A DNA stretch of 44,878 bases from a virus (lineage: Duplodnaviria; Caudoviricetes): IMG/VR virus record IMGVR_UViG_3300022173_000058, positions 1 through 44,878 of that record, one strand, 5' to 3'. Shown one piece after another: positions 9,624 to 18,938 of this stretch. Both the position numbers and the translations under genes were made by a program. Numbering within the stretch: position 1 is the stretch's first letter; each line of letters opens with the position of its first letter. A model generated the notes under the pieces. The model saw nothing but the letters and a program-made list of their open reading frames with translations. It searched no databases and was not told the DNA's origin.

Positions 9624-10795
9624 ACGTCCACCAATATTCCGCCGAAGTCAGCACTACCGTCAACATCGGCGGCGCTTGATACCGCCTGAATTTTTATAAT
9701 GCCAGGACCGTCTAATTTTACGTATGGATCAAAAGTTTCTTGGGCAGATGATTCGCCATTTGACTGCCTGCCTGTAACGCCAACCGAAATAAAATTAGCC
9801 GCTTGGGTGTTTGGAGTTGCATTAAATAGTAAGCTATAGACAGCATGAGCAGCTACTCCAGATGCTTTATTTAAGCTAGCCTTCCAATTTTTAACATAAA
9901 AGGTTTGAACAGATGGCCATCCGAACACGGCCATAGCCGCACTTCCATAAGACGCACTTATATACGCTGATATAGTTGTATCGGTTGCTGCAGTTGCGCT
10001 AATGTTACCAACATTTGGGCCTGATGAACCGCTTGTTAGTACATGCATTTTATTGATTATCACATACGAATTTACCGTATTAACTGGCGTGACACCATTC
10101 ATGGAAATGGTTTCCGATACCTCTTTTGAGGCCCATGATACAAGTCCAGAAATTTTAACTGTTCTGGCTCCAACTCCTGCAGCAGAATCGCTCGCGCTAC
10201 TAGAAACAACTCCGTGCACTCTTGCCGCTGTTGGAGCTAACCAAATTTGTTGGGTTGCTGCAGAATCGGCGCGATCCCAGATGTCAGTTGCAGTTGTTTG
10301 CATTCCGTCAGGTGCATGACCAAATCTATTTACAGTTGCAAAGCCAGATATCCTACCTGATGAAATATCAATCAGCGGGTCTGTCGATCTTACTACAATA
10401 GAGTCAGAATTTTGATTAAGGACTTGATTTAATGATGCGGTCGGCTGACGAAACACGCCATAATAAATATAAAGCTGAAACGTTGCCTGCGCCGAAACAC
10501 CATTAACAAATCTCACTCTAAAATAACGCGGACCTTTAACTACGGTATGAAATTCATGCACTCCGGCCGCAACAACAAACCCTGATGCTGGGAATGTTCT
10601 CCAATCCGTACCATTAACAGAAAAGTCAAAATAAAGAGTCCCTGCTACATCGGCATAGCACGATGCCATCACATCAGGGAATTGATTTAGCTCGCCTGAC
10701 CCAGTGAATGTAGCAGCTCCGGCCAATGGCGTAATCGTTGAATTTACAGCGATTGCGCTTTGTATTCCATATTGCGCATCAGATACATAACTCAT
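9620..10795 (-). CDS. Putative virion structural protein
   Basis: Ser/Ala/Thr-rich beta protein with a GARTVKISGL motif, in the structural operon. Confidence 0.6.
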   Translation of the reverse strand: MSYVSDAQYGIQSAIAVNSTITPLAGAATFTGSGELNQFPDVMASCYADVAGTLYFDFSVNGTDWRTFPASGFVVAAGVHEFHTVVKGPRYFRVRFVNGVSAQATFQLYIYYGVFRQPTASLNQVLNQNSDSIVVRSTDPLIDISSGRISGFATVNRFGHAPDGMQTTATDIWDRADSAATQQIWLAPTAARVHGVVSSSASDSAAGVGARTVKISGLVSWASKEVSETISMNGVTPVNTVNSYVIINKMHVLTSGSSGPNVGNISATAATDTTISAYISASYGSAAMAVFGWPSVQTFYVKNWKASLNKASGVAAHAVYSLLFNATPNTQAANFISVGVTGRQSNGESSAQETFDPYVKLDGPGIIKIQAVSSAADVDGSADFGGILVDV

Positions 10796-11226
10796 TTAAT
10801 TACCCATCCTAGTTCTGTATATTCAATCGTAATTAGGTCGTATGCGTGATGAATTATTGTTGTTGATTGGCCGTTAACAGAGCCTGCAACAGTTACAAAA
10901 AAATTACCCGTAGGCTGTATTGAAATTTTTTCTCTATACTTCGGCGTTGCATTCAGGGTAATAGTACAAGCTGCTGATACCTGAATTATTTCATTGCCAA
11001 TGGTCGTGTAGTTTGCTGAGATTGTATGCGTGTAAATTTCATCTTGTGCCGAATAAGGTAAGGCGGATGTCGGCAAATATGTTGTGTTTGTTGTGTCCGT
11101 GATTGGCGGCGCTCCCTCACCACCTATCGCATTAATCAGTTGATACCATGCTTCTTCAAAATAAGCTGTGGCGTTCCCATTTTTATCAACAATGGGCAGC
11201 GTTCTCAGCTCAAGGAGGTCGGCCAT
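10792..11226 (-). CDS. Putative virion/tail accessory protein
   Basis: Coupled ORF with an N-terminal PIVDKNG.AT.YF..W motif. Confidence 0.5.
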   Translation of the reverse strand: MADLLELRTLPIVDKNGNATAYFEEAWYQLINAIGGEGAPPITDTTNTTYLPTSALPYSAQDEIYTHTISANYTTIGNEIIQVSAACTITLNATPKYREKISIQPTGNFFVTVAGSVNGQSTTIIHHAYDLITIEYTELGWVIK

Positions 11227-11840
11227 TAATTATCAATCTGAGTATAATTAAATGTAATTGAAGCGCCAGAACTATACGAATTTGCTTTAATTCTAAGTGC
11301 GCGAGGGTGCGCAGAATAAAGAATTGTTTGCCCGGCAGTTTGTGATGATTGAGTAGTAGCATCATCAACTGACCACACCAAAGCAGACGTTTTGAATTGG
11401 ATATCATCAAAGCACTGCTCAAGATCGTAGTTGATTGTGCCAGTCACAACCAGGTTAAGCGCAGCAGGGCCAGCACGCCAATCCAAAGGAACCATTGGAG
11501 TGGCGAATTCATCAACCCAGCCTATATCAAACGTATCCGCGCCAATAGTTGCAGAAGGTGTTAGGCTTGTAAGGGTTGTCCAATACTTGGTACTTTCGAC
11601 TGTTGCGGATACCCCAGGAGCGGTTATTGTTTCTGTCTGCGGGCGGTTATTCTCATCAGTACCAACAGCTGCTAGCGTTTTTCCGCTGTGATCAGTTGCA
11701 GAATCATTACGAATGCTTAGCTGGTGAGCAAGAGAATCACCAGAACTAGTCGCGGTAAGCGTAAATGCTGCGCCGGTAACATTAGAGGCAAACCCTGTTA
11801 AATTCGCATCCGCAGGCGTATAGGTGAAATGTGCTTGCAT
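11226..11840 (-). CDS. Putative virion structural protein
   Basis: Thr/Ser-rich beta protein with an AGAGG RBS. Confidence 0.55.
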   Translation of the reverse strand: MQAHFTYTPADANLTGFASNVTGAAFTLTATSSGDSLAHQLSIRNDSATDHSGKTLAAVGTDENNRPQTETITAPGVSATVESTKYWTTLTSLTPSATIGADTFDIGWVDEFATPMVPLDWRAGPAALNLVVTGTINYDLEQCFDDIQFKTSALVWSVDDATTQSSQTAGQTILYSAHPRALRIKANSYSSGASITFNYTQIDN

Positions 11841-11855
11841 TGCTAATCCTCTGTA

Positions 11856-11876
11856 AAATAAAGGGGGCGAACCCCC
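11856..11876 (-). terminator. Intrinsic terminator (UUCG loop)
   Basis: Minus strand GGGGG-TTCG-CCCCC-TTTATTTT. Confidence 0.75.
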
Positions 11877-11881
11877 AAAAA

Positions 11882-12826
11882 TTAGGCGTCAGTTGATGCT
11901 GTCCAGTTGATTAACATAGCTTTTTCACCAGCCAAATTCACTACATACACAGGATCGACAACCACAAACGTAGCGCCTGTAATGGCCTCAGTAACGTTCG
12001 CGGCGTTATCTAACAAACGGATGTTGATATTAGGCCCAATCTGGCCAGTTGACGCGGTAATGGTGTCGACGAGAAAAATATCAGCAGCATTACGCGTGCG
12101 GAAATATTTAACATCATGCACGAACAAGTCAGTGGTTGCCGTGGTACGAACATCAATACCGCCGGTAGAAAAATTACCGTCCATCCGATCAATGGTGATT
12201 TCAATGCCATCACCACCAACGATTGCAATACCAGCTACAGTGCCCGCAGCTGAATCACCATCGTGGACATGGTTTAGGATCTTTAATCGATTGGCGCCAG
12301 CAGTAGTTAAAATTCCTGCAGTTACCTGACCTGTCACATCGCGTATTTCGTTCGACTGAATTAGGCAATCAGCAGCACTTACAACGATTGGCGATACAAC
12401 AGCGTCTATCCCGCCAGTGTGCAGAATATTTACCAGCATGCAATTAGCTGCAGACATCGTTAATGTTGATGCGGTAGCTGTGTAGTTAATCGTGGGTCGT
12501 AAGCTGCCGTAACCCAAACCGATAACAGCGACACCAGCGACATCCATTGCAATACCTGCAGCAGCGCTTACAGTTTCGGTGTGCCCTGGCATAACGGCTA
12601 TTACATCGCCACGACTTGCAGTACAGCGACCTATTGCGTAATCAATGGTAGCAAATGGGCGCTGATAACTACCAGCAGTCGGGGAGTCGGAACCAGCTAC
12701 GCCATCTCTAACTATAACGCTTGAGGAGTTAACCCAAAACACTTCGCCAGGATGAGTAACGGCCAAAGGAATGCCACGAATTGACACGCCATCTTTAAAG
12801 CCGTTTGGAAAGTTTGACATTGACAT
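11882..12826 (-). CDS. Head fibre/spike with a pectate-lyase-like beta-helix
   Basis: RPFATIDYAIGRCTASRGDVIAVMPGHTE motif; lies directly after the major capsid gene. Confidence 0.65.
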   Translation of the reverse strand: MSMSNFPNGFKDGVSIRGIPLAVTHPGEVFWVNSSSVIVRDGVAGSDSPTAGSYQRPFATIDYAIGRCTASRGDVIAVMPGHTETVSAAAGIAMDVAGVAVIGLGYGSLRPTINYTATASTLTMSAANCMLVNILHTGGIDAVVSPIVVSAADCLIQSNEIRDVTGQVTAGILTTAGANRLKILNHVHDGDSAAGTVAGIAIVGGDGIEITIDRMDGNFSTGGIDVRTTATTDLFVHDVKYFRTRNAADIFLVDTITASTGQIGPNINIRLLDNAANVTEAITGATFVVVDPVYVVNLAGEKAMLINWTASTDA

Positions 12827-12875
12827 TTGTTTCTCCTACTAACCCTATAGGGTCGTAATGAATTTTAATAGTTCG

Positions 12876-12895
12876 AAACAAGGGGCCGAAGCCCC
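12876..12895 (-). terminator. Terminator after the major capsid gene (cUUCGg loop)
   Basis: Minus strand GGGGC-TTCG-GCCCC-TTGTTT. Confidence 0.75.
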
Positions 12896-12901
12896 AAGAT
12901 C

Positions 12902-13804
12902 TTAGGTGCCGCTACCCCATGCACAGCGGGGATCTGTAAAGCCGTAAGACTTATAGAACATACCCTTGGTGCGGAAGTTTTCAGTACCAAAATCATTGTC
13001 TTGACTAAATGTGTAGCCCATACGTTCAAAGATTTTGAAACCATTATCTACGTCAGTTTTAATGAACCAGTTTGTAGAAGAGGTGAATCTGTGATTGACG
13101 TGAATGCCACCGCTGAAAATACCGGCAACCGGGTTAATGGTTGCGGTGTTCGCGCTGTTAGGCTCAAACGAACTCTTATCAATACGCTGAGCAACGAAGC
13201 GCAATTGGCGAGGAATATGAAGAGATACGCCTTTAGCATCAATCAACAATCCAGCGCCATCGCGGAAGTCCTCCAATGCAATCAACGCATCTTCAACAGC
13301 AGCCTGACTCAATGAGGTGAACACAGAGAAACGATTTGCAAACGTGCCGCCCTTGCCAAGTAAATGCGCAGTAGAGAAGAGTGGTACACCATCCATTGAA
13401 TCGTTGTTGGTGTAGCCTACGTTGATCACGTTAGCCGCTAACTGCTCGTCTGTGTGCACAAGAGATCGCTTAATCCACTTACCAGTAGTTTGAATCAAGT
13501 TCTCATACTTGTTGTTCATTTGGGCTTCCATCGTAATGATGCCGCCCAATGAATAAACAGAGTGGGTGTAATTCTTCACGAAGTCTTGCTTTGAAGAATC
13601 ATAAGTGGTTGCCGTGCCTTCTGGTTTCAAAGCTCCAAGGCCGCCATTGGAAGCGGCAACATCAAGCTCGTAAGCCTTATCGGATGATTCTGTTTTAAAT
13701 ATTTTGTCTTTTTCAGACGCATATTCTTTGTAATAATCAGTAGCAACGGCGTTAACACCCTCTTGGAGTAACCGAGCTTTTGAACCTTGTGTATTAATTG
13801 ACAT
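12902..13804 (-). CDS. Major capsid protein (Mu gpT-like family)
   Basis: KPEG...YD, DGVPLFSTAH, DFGTENFRTKG..YSYGFTDPR..WGS motifs; position after scaffold and decoration genes. Confidence 0.85.
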   Translation of the reverse strand: MSINTQGSKARLLQEGVNAVATDYYKEYASEKDKIFKTESSDKAYELDVAASNGGLGALKPEGTATTYDSSKQDFVKNYTHSVYSLGGIITMEAQMNNKYENLIQTTGKWIKRSLVHTDEQLAANVINVGYTNNDSMDGVPLFSTAHLLGKGGTFANRFSVFTSLSQAAVEDALIALEDFRDGAGLLIDAKGVSLHIPRQLRFVAQRIDKSSFEPNSANTATINPVAGIFSGGIHVNHRFTSSTNWFIKTDVDNGFKIFERMGYTFSQDNDFGTENFRTKGMFYKSYGFTDPRCAWGSGT

Positions 13805-13805
13805 C

Positions 13806-14408
13806 TTAACTTACTCCCAATGTAGCGCGATCATCGCTTAAGTTGATAGAAACAACCCAGTCAGCGTAATCACCGAGAGTATTGCCAACTTTAGGCTCGA
13901 TATAATGTAAGCGAAGGTGCAGGGTGTTTGTGGTTGCTGCAGTACTGGAATCAATTTCCATCCCAGACATTCCGGTTGTGGTATTGCCTGCCGCAACAAT
14001 TACGTTTGCGTTAGTGCCTGCGGCAGTGATTGGTATATTTCCTGCATCAGAATCTTCTTGAATCACATAAAGAATATCATCACCCCAAGCAACATAGCCG
14101 TAGCGTAATGTTGAAGCGCGGCGATAGTTTGAGCGGGACAATGAACCTTCATCTGTAGTGTCTGGTTCAAGCGATACAAGAGCGCCAACCATAATGTCGC
14201 CAGCTGCGGCTTGAGCTACGGCTGGGACTGTGCCGTCAGCAGATGCATTAGCTGCAAGCTTAACGAAGTCGCCAATAAAAGTTGCTGTGTTATCTGAAGC
14301 TGGGAAACATACGCGACGAAGCTGTGCATTCCAATCCGCACCAGACATGGTGCCAATTGGGCGTGCGCCTCTTACAATATCGCGATTTGCGGGGACTGCT
14401 GCGGTCAT
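13806..14408 (-). CDS. Capsid decoration/cement protein
   Basis: GARPIG, FIGDFV and GNTTTGMSG motifs; strong AGGAGG RBS; lies between scaffold and major capsid. Confidence 0.65.
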   Translation of the reverse strand: MTAAVPANRDIVRGARPIGTMSGADWNAQLRRVCFPASDNTATFIGDFVKLAANASADGTVPAVAQAAAGDIMVGALVSLEPDTTDEGSLSRSNYRRASTLRYGYVAWGDDILYVIQEDSDAGNIPITAAGTNANVIVAAGNTTTGMSGMEIDSSTAATTNTLHLRLHYIEPKVGNTLGDYADWVVSINLSDDRATLGVS

Positions 14409-14413
14409 GATAG

Positions 14414-14501
14414 ACCTCCTAAAAAGTTAGTTTAATTTTTAACGACACCTTTACGATGCTGCCAAAACCTGCCTAACTTCCTAGGGGGTTATGTCTGTTA
14501 A
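14414..14501 (-). promoter_or_regulatory. Structured 5' leader of the decoration/capsid genes that can sequester the SD
   Basis: ACCCCCUAGGAAGUUAG (14489-14473) pairs with CUAACUUUUUAGGAGGU (14430-14414), which includes AGGAGG. A competing helix forms between 14501-14491 and 14448-14439. Confidence 0.6.
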
Positions 14502-14519
14502 CTAGATTACGCTTTGAAC

Positions 14520-15041
14520 CTAGTTAGATTTGATCTGATTATAGCCTTTTCCGGTGCCAACTGGCAAGCTAGCTGCATATGACTGAATGCCGCCGCCGCC
14601 CTCTAACGAATCTGTCTCAACTTTGCCTCTAAATAAGGCGTTGTCGATATCCTCAAGACGCTGACGCTCGGGGCCGTGCTTATACTCGTCATACAATACC
14701 GGGTCCATCATTAAGCCAAACGCATAGTAAGTATCACCGCCTTCAGTTTGTCCGGCAACAAAGCGAACCCATTGACTGGCAGACTTATCATTTAGGCCCT
14801 CGTATGTTTTACGGCCTTCTATTTTCGCTGGGATAGGCTCGGCCCCAGCATCAAGCCAGCGCTGGACGTCACCATCAAGATCATTAATCAACATTAAAGA
14901 CTTGTTTGGATATGCATCAATGTAGGGCTGCATGTCCATTTTCATCTGAGCGCCAATATTCCGGCGAACTTTCTTTGCGTCATCAAGCTTTAAACCATTT
15001 TCTACAATAGGCTGGCGAATGTTGTTTCTATGGTGACTCAT
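14520..15041 (-). CDS. Hypothetical head-module protein
   Basis: Intact ORF between scaffold and decoration genes. Confidence 0.6.
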   Translation of the reverse strand: MSHHRNNIRQPIVENGLKLDDAKKVRRNIGAQMKMDMQPYIDAYPNKSLMLINDLDGDVQRWLDAGAEPIPAKIEGRKTYEGLNDKSASQWVRFVAGQTEGGDTYYAFGLMMDPVLYDEYKHGPERQRLEDIDNALFRGKVETDSLEGGGGIQSYAASLPVGTGKGYNQIKSN

Positions 15042-15042
15042 A

Positions 15043-15930
15043 TTAATCTCCGTTCAATAAGTTTTGGGCGAAGATCTTAGCTGCGCCCGGGCTTGTTTTC
15101 ATTAAGCTGTTGTAGATATCAAGTGCAGCCTGCTCATTCTGTTTTGATGCGCCAGCGACTTTGTACGATTTAAGTTGCTGCGTAACATCAACCGATTTCG
15201 AAACCGGCACAGTCTTGCTCCTTGGTGGAGCCTGCCTGTTTATTTTTTGTGACGAGAATTTTTCGGGGAATATTAACTTAACCTCATCCATAGCGGTTTT
15301 AAGGTAAACATTAATACGTTGCTCACTCAAAACTGTATTTGCACCAACCCCGCGAGCTCGCAATATTCCGTTGTATATATCTTGGAATTCTGCCTTTACT
15401 TCTGGGTTTTCGAGAATAGTGTTGTTTTCAATAAAATCCGAAATAACGGGGTGTTCGCGTCTTGCTTGTTGCTTGGGCGCGGAATTAAGCTCATGAAGCT
15501 GATTGGTTGCATCAAGCGCCGCATCAACATCACCAATCTCTTTAGCTTCGCTCAATGCGGCTTCAAGTTCGCGTCTGTGTCTTGCTTCTGCTTTGGTTTC
15601 GCGATCAGCAATAGCCTCAACGGTGGCCTTAAGTGTTTCAGCCATACCCTTAACGCTGGACTTTAATTCTTTTACTTCCTGAATGCGCTTGTACTCAGCC
15701 TCATAGGCTTTGCGGCCTTTGAATTTTTCAGGGTCTTTCCCAGCTGCAATCCACTCATCGTAAGTTTTAATTAACCCTGGCGGAGTATCGTCATGCTGTT
15801 CTTCTTGATCGTCGTCATCAAGATCACCTTCAATAACTTCGTTTTCGTCTTCTTGCTGCTCGTCAATCACTTCGTCTTGTTGATTATCAGCTTCGTACTG
15901 AGCCTTTAATGCTGCTAAATCGGTACTCAT
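15043..15930 (-). CDS. Capsid scaffolding protein
   Basis: Acidic N-terminus, long coiled coil, basic C-terminus; position downstream of portal. Confidence 0.7.
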   Translation of the reverse strand: MSTDLAALKAQYEADNQQDEVIDEQQEDENEVIEGDLDDDDQEEQHDDTPPGLIKTYDEWIAAGKDPEKFKGRKAYEAEYKRIQEVKELKSSVKGMAETLKATVEAIADRETKAEARHRRELEAALSEAKEIGDVDAALDATNQLHELNSAPKQQARREHPVISDFIENNTILENPEVKAEFQDIYNGILRARGVGANTVLSEQRINVYLKTAMDEVKLIFPEKFSSQKINRQAPPRSKTVPVSKSVDVTQQLKSYKVAGASKQNEQAALDIYNSLMKTSPGAAKIFAQNLLNGD

Positions 15931-16337
15931 ACTGTCACCCCATATTTGCCTAAAATGTCTTCGTCGTTGCAGAAGTGATAGAAATCACCAGAGCCAGGAG
16001 GAATGTCTACGCGCTGACCTGCGTACCTGTTGAACACAACCACATCACCAACGTTTGCCCATGCACCGCCAGCCAATGACTCACCTTTGTATGCGCCTTC
16101 GCCAACATGACACAGGATGCCGACATACGACCCCTTGTCTTCTCGTGCGGTTTGCGTTGATGACTGCGCAATAAAGCCAGACTGAGCAAGAGTGCCAAAT
16201 TTCTCAGCCTCGCCAGCTTTTAATCCATCAGACCACGGCAATGGTTTTACAATAAGGCGGTAACCTGCAGCTTGCGGCAACTGCGATGCAACAACATTCT
16301 GTGCATATTTGATTTGATCTTCATTTGGCTTCAGCAT
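15927..16337 (-). CDS. GroES-like co-chaperonin
   Basis: AGYRLIVKP, GILCHVGEGAY, VGDVVVFNRYAG and NDEDILG match GroES motifs. Start taken at MLKPNE (16337). Confidence 0.8.
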   Translation of the reverse strand: MLKPNEDQIKYAQNVVASQLPQAAGYRLIVKPLPWSDGLKAGEAEKFGTLAQSGFIAQSSTQTAREDKGSYVGILCHVGEGAYKGESLAGGAWANVGDVVVFNRYAGQRVDIPPGSGDFYHFCNDEDILGKYGVTV

Positions 16338-16611
16338 TTGACTTCTCCACCATTGCGTAACGATTAAACATAGCTTCGAATGCGCCAGCAGTAATGCAGC
16401 CATCTATCTGGCCCATTCTGCGTGATATTCGTGAAAGCGTTAGGTCTGCATTGGATTCGTCAAGACATGCGCCAGAATTGATTACGTCTTGGACGTCTTC
16501 AACCTGCCACTTGAGGCACTTGATTAATACTTGGGTCACTGGGTCCATTAACCATAGGTCCACTTGGACTTGGGTTACTGTTGGCTCCAGCTTGGAGTTG
16601 GCTTGCGGCAT
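16321..16611 (-). CDS. Hypothetical protein (W..DPVT motif) overlapping the portal 3' end
   Basis: AGGAGG RBS upstream of the ATG at 16611, inside the portal coding sequence. Confidence 0.6.
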   Translation of the reverse strand: MPQANSKLEPTVTQVQVDLWLMDPVTQVLIKCLKWQVEDVQDVINSGACLDESNADLTLSRISRRMGQIDGCITAGAFEAMFNRYAMVEKSNAEAK

Positions 16612-18625
16612 TGGTTCCTCCTTCGGAACGGATGAATGTACTTTCTACTAACTTAATGGCGTCCATTCCATTTAATCCCATCTCCACGGCTAACTGTAGA
16701 GACTCCATATAGAGCTTGGTGATTTCCGCCTCTTGCTTATCGGCATTCAATCCCATAGCGGTCATTTCTCTTGCTGCATCTAAAGCCAATCTTCTTGACT
16801 GGATTATTTGACCTTGCTCGCGTAAAGCCTGATCTTTCTGTTTTAGCTCGGCTTCATGAGCCTTCTCAGCCATGATCAATTGCTCTTGCTTTGATGGTGG
16901 TGCGTTAGGGTCAACTTCTGGAACCAACTTATCAATATTTTCGGTGCGGGTAGCTTTAAGTAGATCTAGCGTTGCCTCGCGGATGTTTATCACCTGCATT
17001 CCAGCGCCAGCCTGAGCCATAGCCATCTGCAAGTTTGCTTCTGCGCGCGCTACACGCTCAATCGTAGAGCCTTGAGTTGGGTTACCGGCGATAGCAACGT
17101 CACAATCTTCAGGGTTGAAATCATCCTGCATCACGTATTCTTTTTGCTCATCAATAACGCGGTTATATTTCTCGCTATCGTGGTACTTGTAGTTAAGGTG
17201 GTGAATCTTTTGGAATTCTTTGCGAGCTGCTGCATACACGCGCATGATGATGGCGTTAGAGCCCTGCAAAGCTTGCTGTAATCTTGCGAGGTATAGGCTT
17301 GCGGCCTCGCCTGGGTTCGCCTCTACATTCACGCTTGCGTTAGTCATTGAACGAGCCGAGTCAATCATGTAGCTCATTAGCTGGAATAGGACGGGTGAAG
17401 GCCCTGCGAAGGGCATTTGAACGATGTTGTCACGCAATGAGCCGTTGATACCGCCCATATTTACCGGGGTTAGCTGACCCATCATGACTTCGACAGGCCC
17501 GGTCTCTTGGCGATTTCCACGACCTTGACCAACACCAGCAGTTATTAAACCAGAGTTAGCGGCAGTGATTGACAATGTGCCAGCGTCAAGCAATTGGCGC
17601 ATGTTAGTGTTAATTGCGGTGAACATGGGCCCAAGCAATATTCCCCAGCCCATTCCCATCGGACCACCTTCTGGATCAGGCAAGAATCTATACTGGGTAA
17701 AGCACTCGTTAGCCTTAATCTTAACCACTTCATTTTTTTGATTAAAGACAATATTGTCTTCATCGTAACCAGGGTATAGGCAAACAATCTTTTGCGTATC
17801 TTCATGCAATATCGCGTAATAAGGCTCTGCTATTCCATCGTCATCAAGATCAATCCGCACATAAGCTTCGATGAAATCAAAGTCCAGCTTATCTTCCTCA
17901 AGATCTTTTTCTTCCATATCCCATTGCTGCTCGCCGCGAATGTAAGCGATTAGATCATTGCGAGTAATGTTGATGTTTTGAAATACACAAGGAGCCTCTT
18001 CGAAGTTCTGGACGCACATGTCGAATATAACTTTATCAGCGCATACCAACTCACTGCGAATTATTTTCTCTTCGTAATCCCAATAGGTCTTCTTGTACGC
18101 GGTGCCAACGCAAGGCAGCATCATCAAGCACTTGTCTTGGTTGTCGCGCCAGTGGGGGATATCTTCGGATAGTTGCCAGTTGGTATATTCAGATACGCGC
18201 TCGACTCGATTGGCCTTTGACTCTTGCATAGAGTCGTCAACCATTTGCTGCTCGCCGGGTGTTATGCCTGGCAGCTTAATATCTTTACCGTAGGTTTTGA
18301 ATGTGACGATATTGTCAGCCCAAACTAATTCAGGGGCTGCGCGCGAGTTGAAATCTAGCATCGCCTCAAGAATGTAAGGCATCATTGCGAGGCTTGCACC
18401 TTGGAATGGGAAGCTCTTTTCTTCAATGTCATGACCGCCAGATGTCGGCTGTAGTTTGGCAAGCTTGATTGCAGCGGTGTACTTCTTTAGCCAGTCAGAC
18501 ATAGAGGTAACGGCTTCGTCATATAGCTTTTTAACGCTGACGAATTCTTTAGCGTTATCGCCGAGCTGATCGACTATGTTCCCTTTGTCAAGATTCGCAA
18601 TCAAGTCAACGCTGTTCTTACTCAT
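16499..18625 (-). CDS. Portal protein
   Basis: 708 aa following terL. LPCVGTAYKKTYWD, DLDDDGIAEPY and MRQLLDAGTL motifs, with a C-terminal coiled-coil barrel. Start taken at MSKNSV (18625). Confidence 0.85.
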   Translation of the reverse strand: MSKNSVDLIANLDKGNIVDQLGDNAKEFVSVKKLYDEAVTSMSDWLKKYTAAIKLAKLQPTSGGHDIEEKSFPFQGASLAMMPYILEAMLDFNSRAAPELVWADNIVTFKTYGKDIKLPGITPGEQQMVDDSMQESKANRVERVSEYTNWQLSEDIPHWRDNQDKCLMMLPCVGTAYKKTYWDYEEKIIRSELVCADKVIFDMCVQNFEEAPCVFQNINITRNDLIAYIRGEQQWDMEEKDLEEDKLDFDFIEAYVRIDLDDDGIAEPYYAILHEDTQKIVCLYPGYDEDNIVFNQKNEVVKIKANECFTQYRFLPDPEGGPMGMGWGILLGPMFTAINTNMRQLLDAGTLSITAANSGLITAGVGQGRGNRQETGPVEVMMGQLTPVNMGGINGSLRDNIVQMPFAGPSPVLFQLMSYMIDSARSMTNASVNVEANPGEAASLYLARLQQALQGSNAIIMRVYAAARKEFQKIHHLNYKYHDSEKYNRVIDEQKEYVMQDDFNPEDCDVAIAGNPTQGSTIERVARAEANLQMAMAQAGAGMQVINIREATLDLLKATRTENIDKLVPEVDPNAPPSKQEQLIMAEKAHEAELKQKDQALREQGQIIQSRRLALDAAREMTAMGLNADKQEAEITKLYMESLQLAVEMGLNGMDAIKLVESTFIRSEGGTNAASQLQAGANSNPSPSGPMVNGPSDPSINQVPQVAG

Positions 18626-18747
18626 GCTGGCTTTCTCTTGTCGAGGATGGCTTTCTCTTTTGTGTTTGCGAGACGGTAACCGGAACACTTCTCGCACTTG
18701 ACGTAAGTTAGCGGCTTATCTTTAACTGCAATGCATGATGGGCACAT
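18622..18747 (-). CDS. 41-aa zinc-ribbon microprotein (not in the ORF track)
   Basis: MCPSCIAVKDKPLTYVKCEKCSGYRLANTKEKAILDKRKPA; its stop overlaps the portal ATG (ATGA). Confidence 0.55.
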   Translation of the reverse strand: MCPSCIAVKDKPLTYVKCEKCSGYRLANTKEKAILDKRKPA

Positions 18748-18748
18748 A

Positions 18749-18937
18749 TCACTGAACCGACATCTTGCGAGCGTATTGTGGGTCCAATTCAACAATTGAC
18801 ACCGAGTTTAGTTTTTCTTTCGGTGCCGCAATTTTAATCTTTTCGCTAATTAAACTGCCTTCCGCATCAAATCCAGTTAATTCTAAGCTCGACTTATCTT
18901 TATTTGCCTTAAGATCTTTCATGTCTGAAACTTTCAT
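18749..18937 (-). CDS. Hypothetical protein
   Basis: Tightly packed ORF directly after terL. Confidence 0.55.
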   Translation of the reverse strand: MKVSDMKDLKANKDKSSLELTGFDAEGSLISEKIKIAAPKEKLNSVSIVELDPQYARKMSVQ

Positions 18938-18938
18938 G

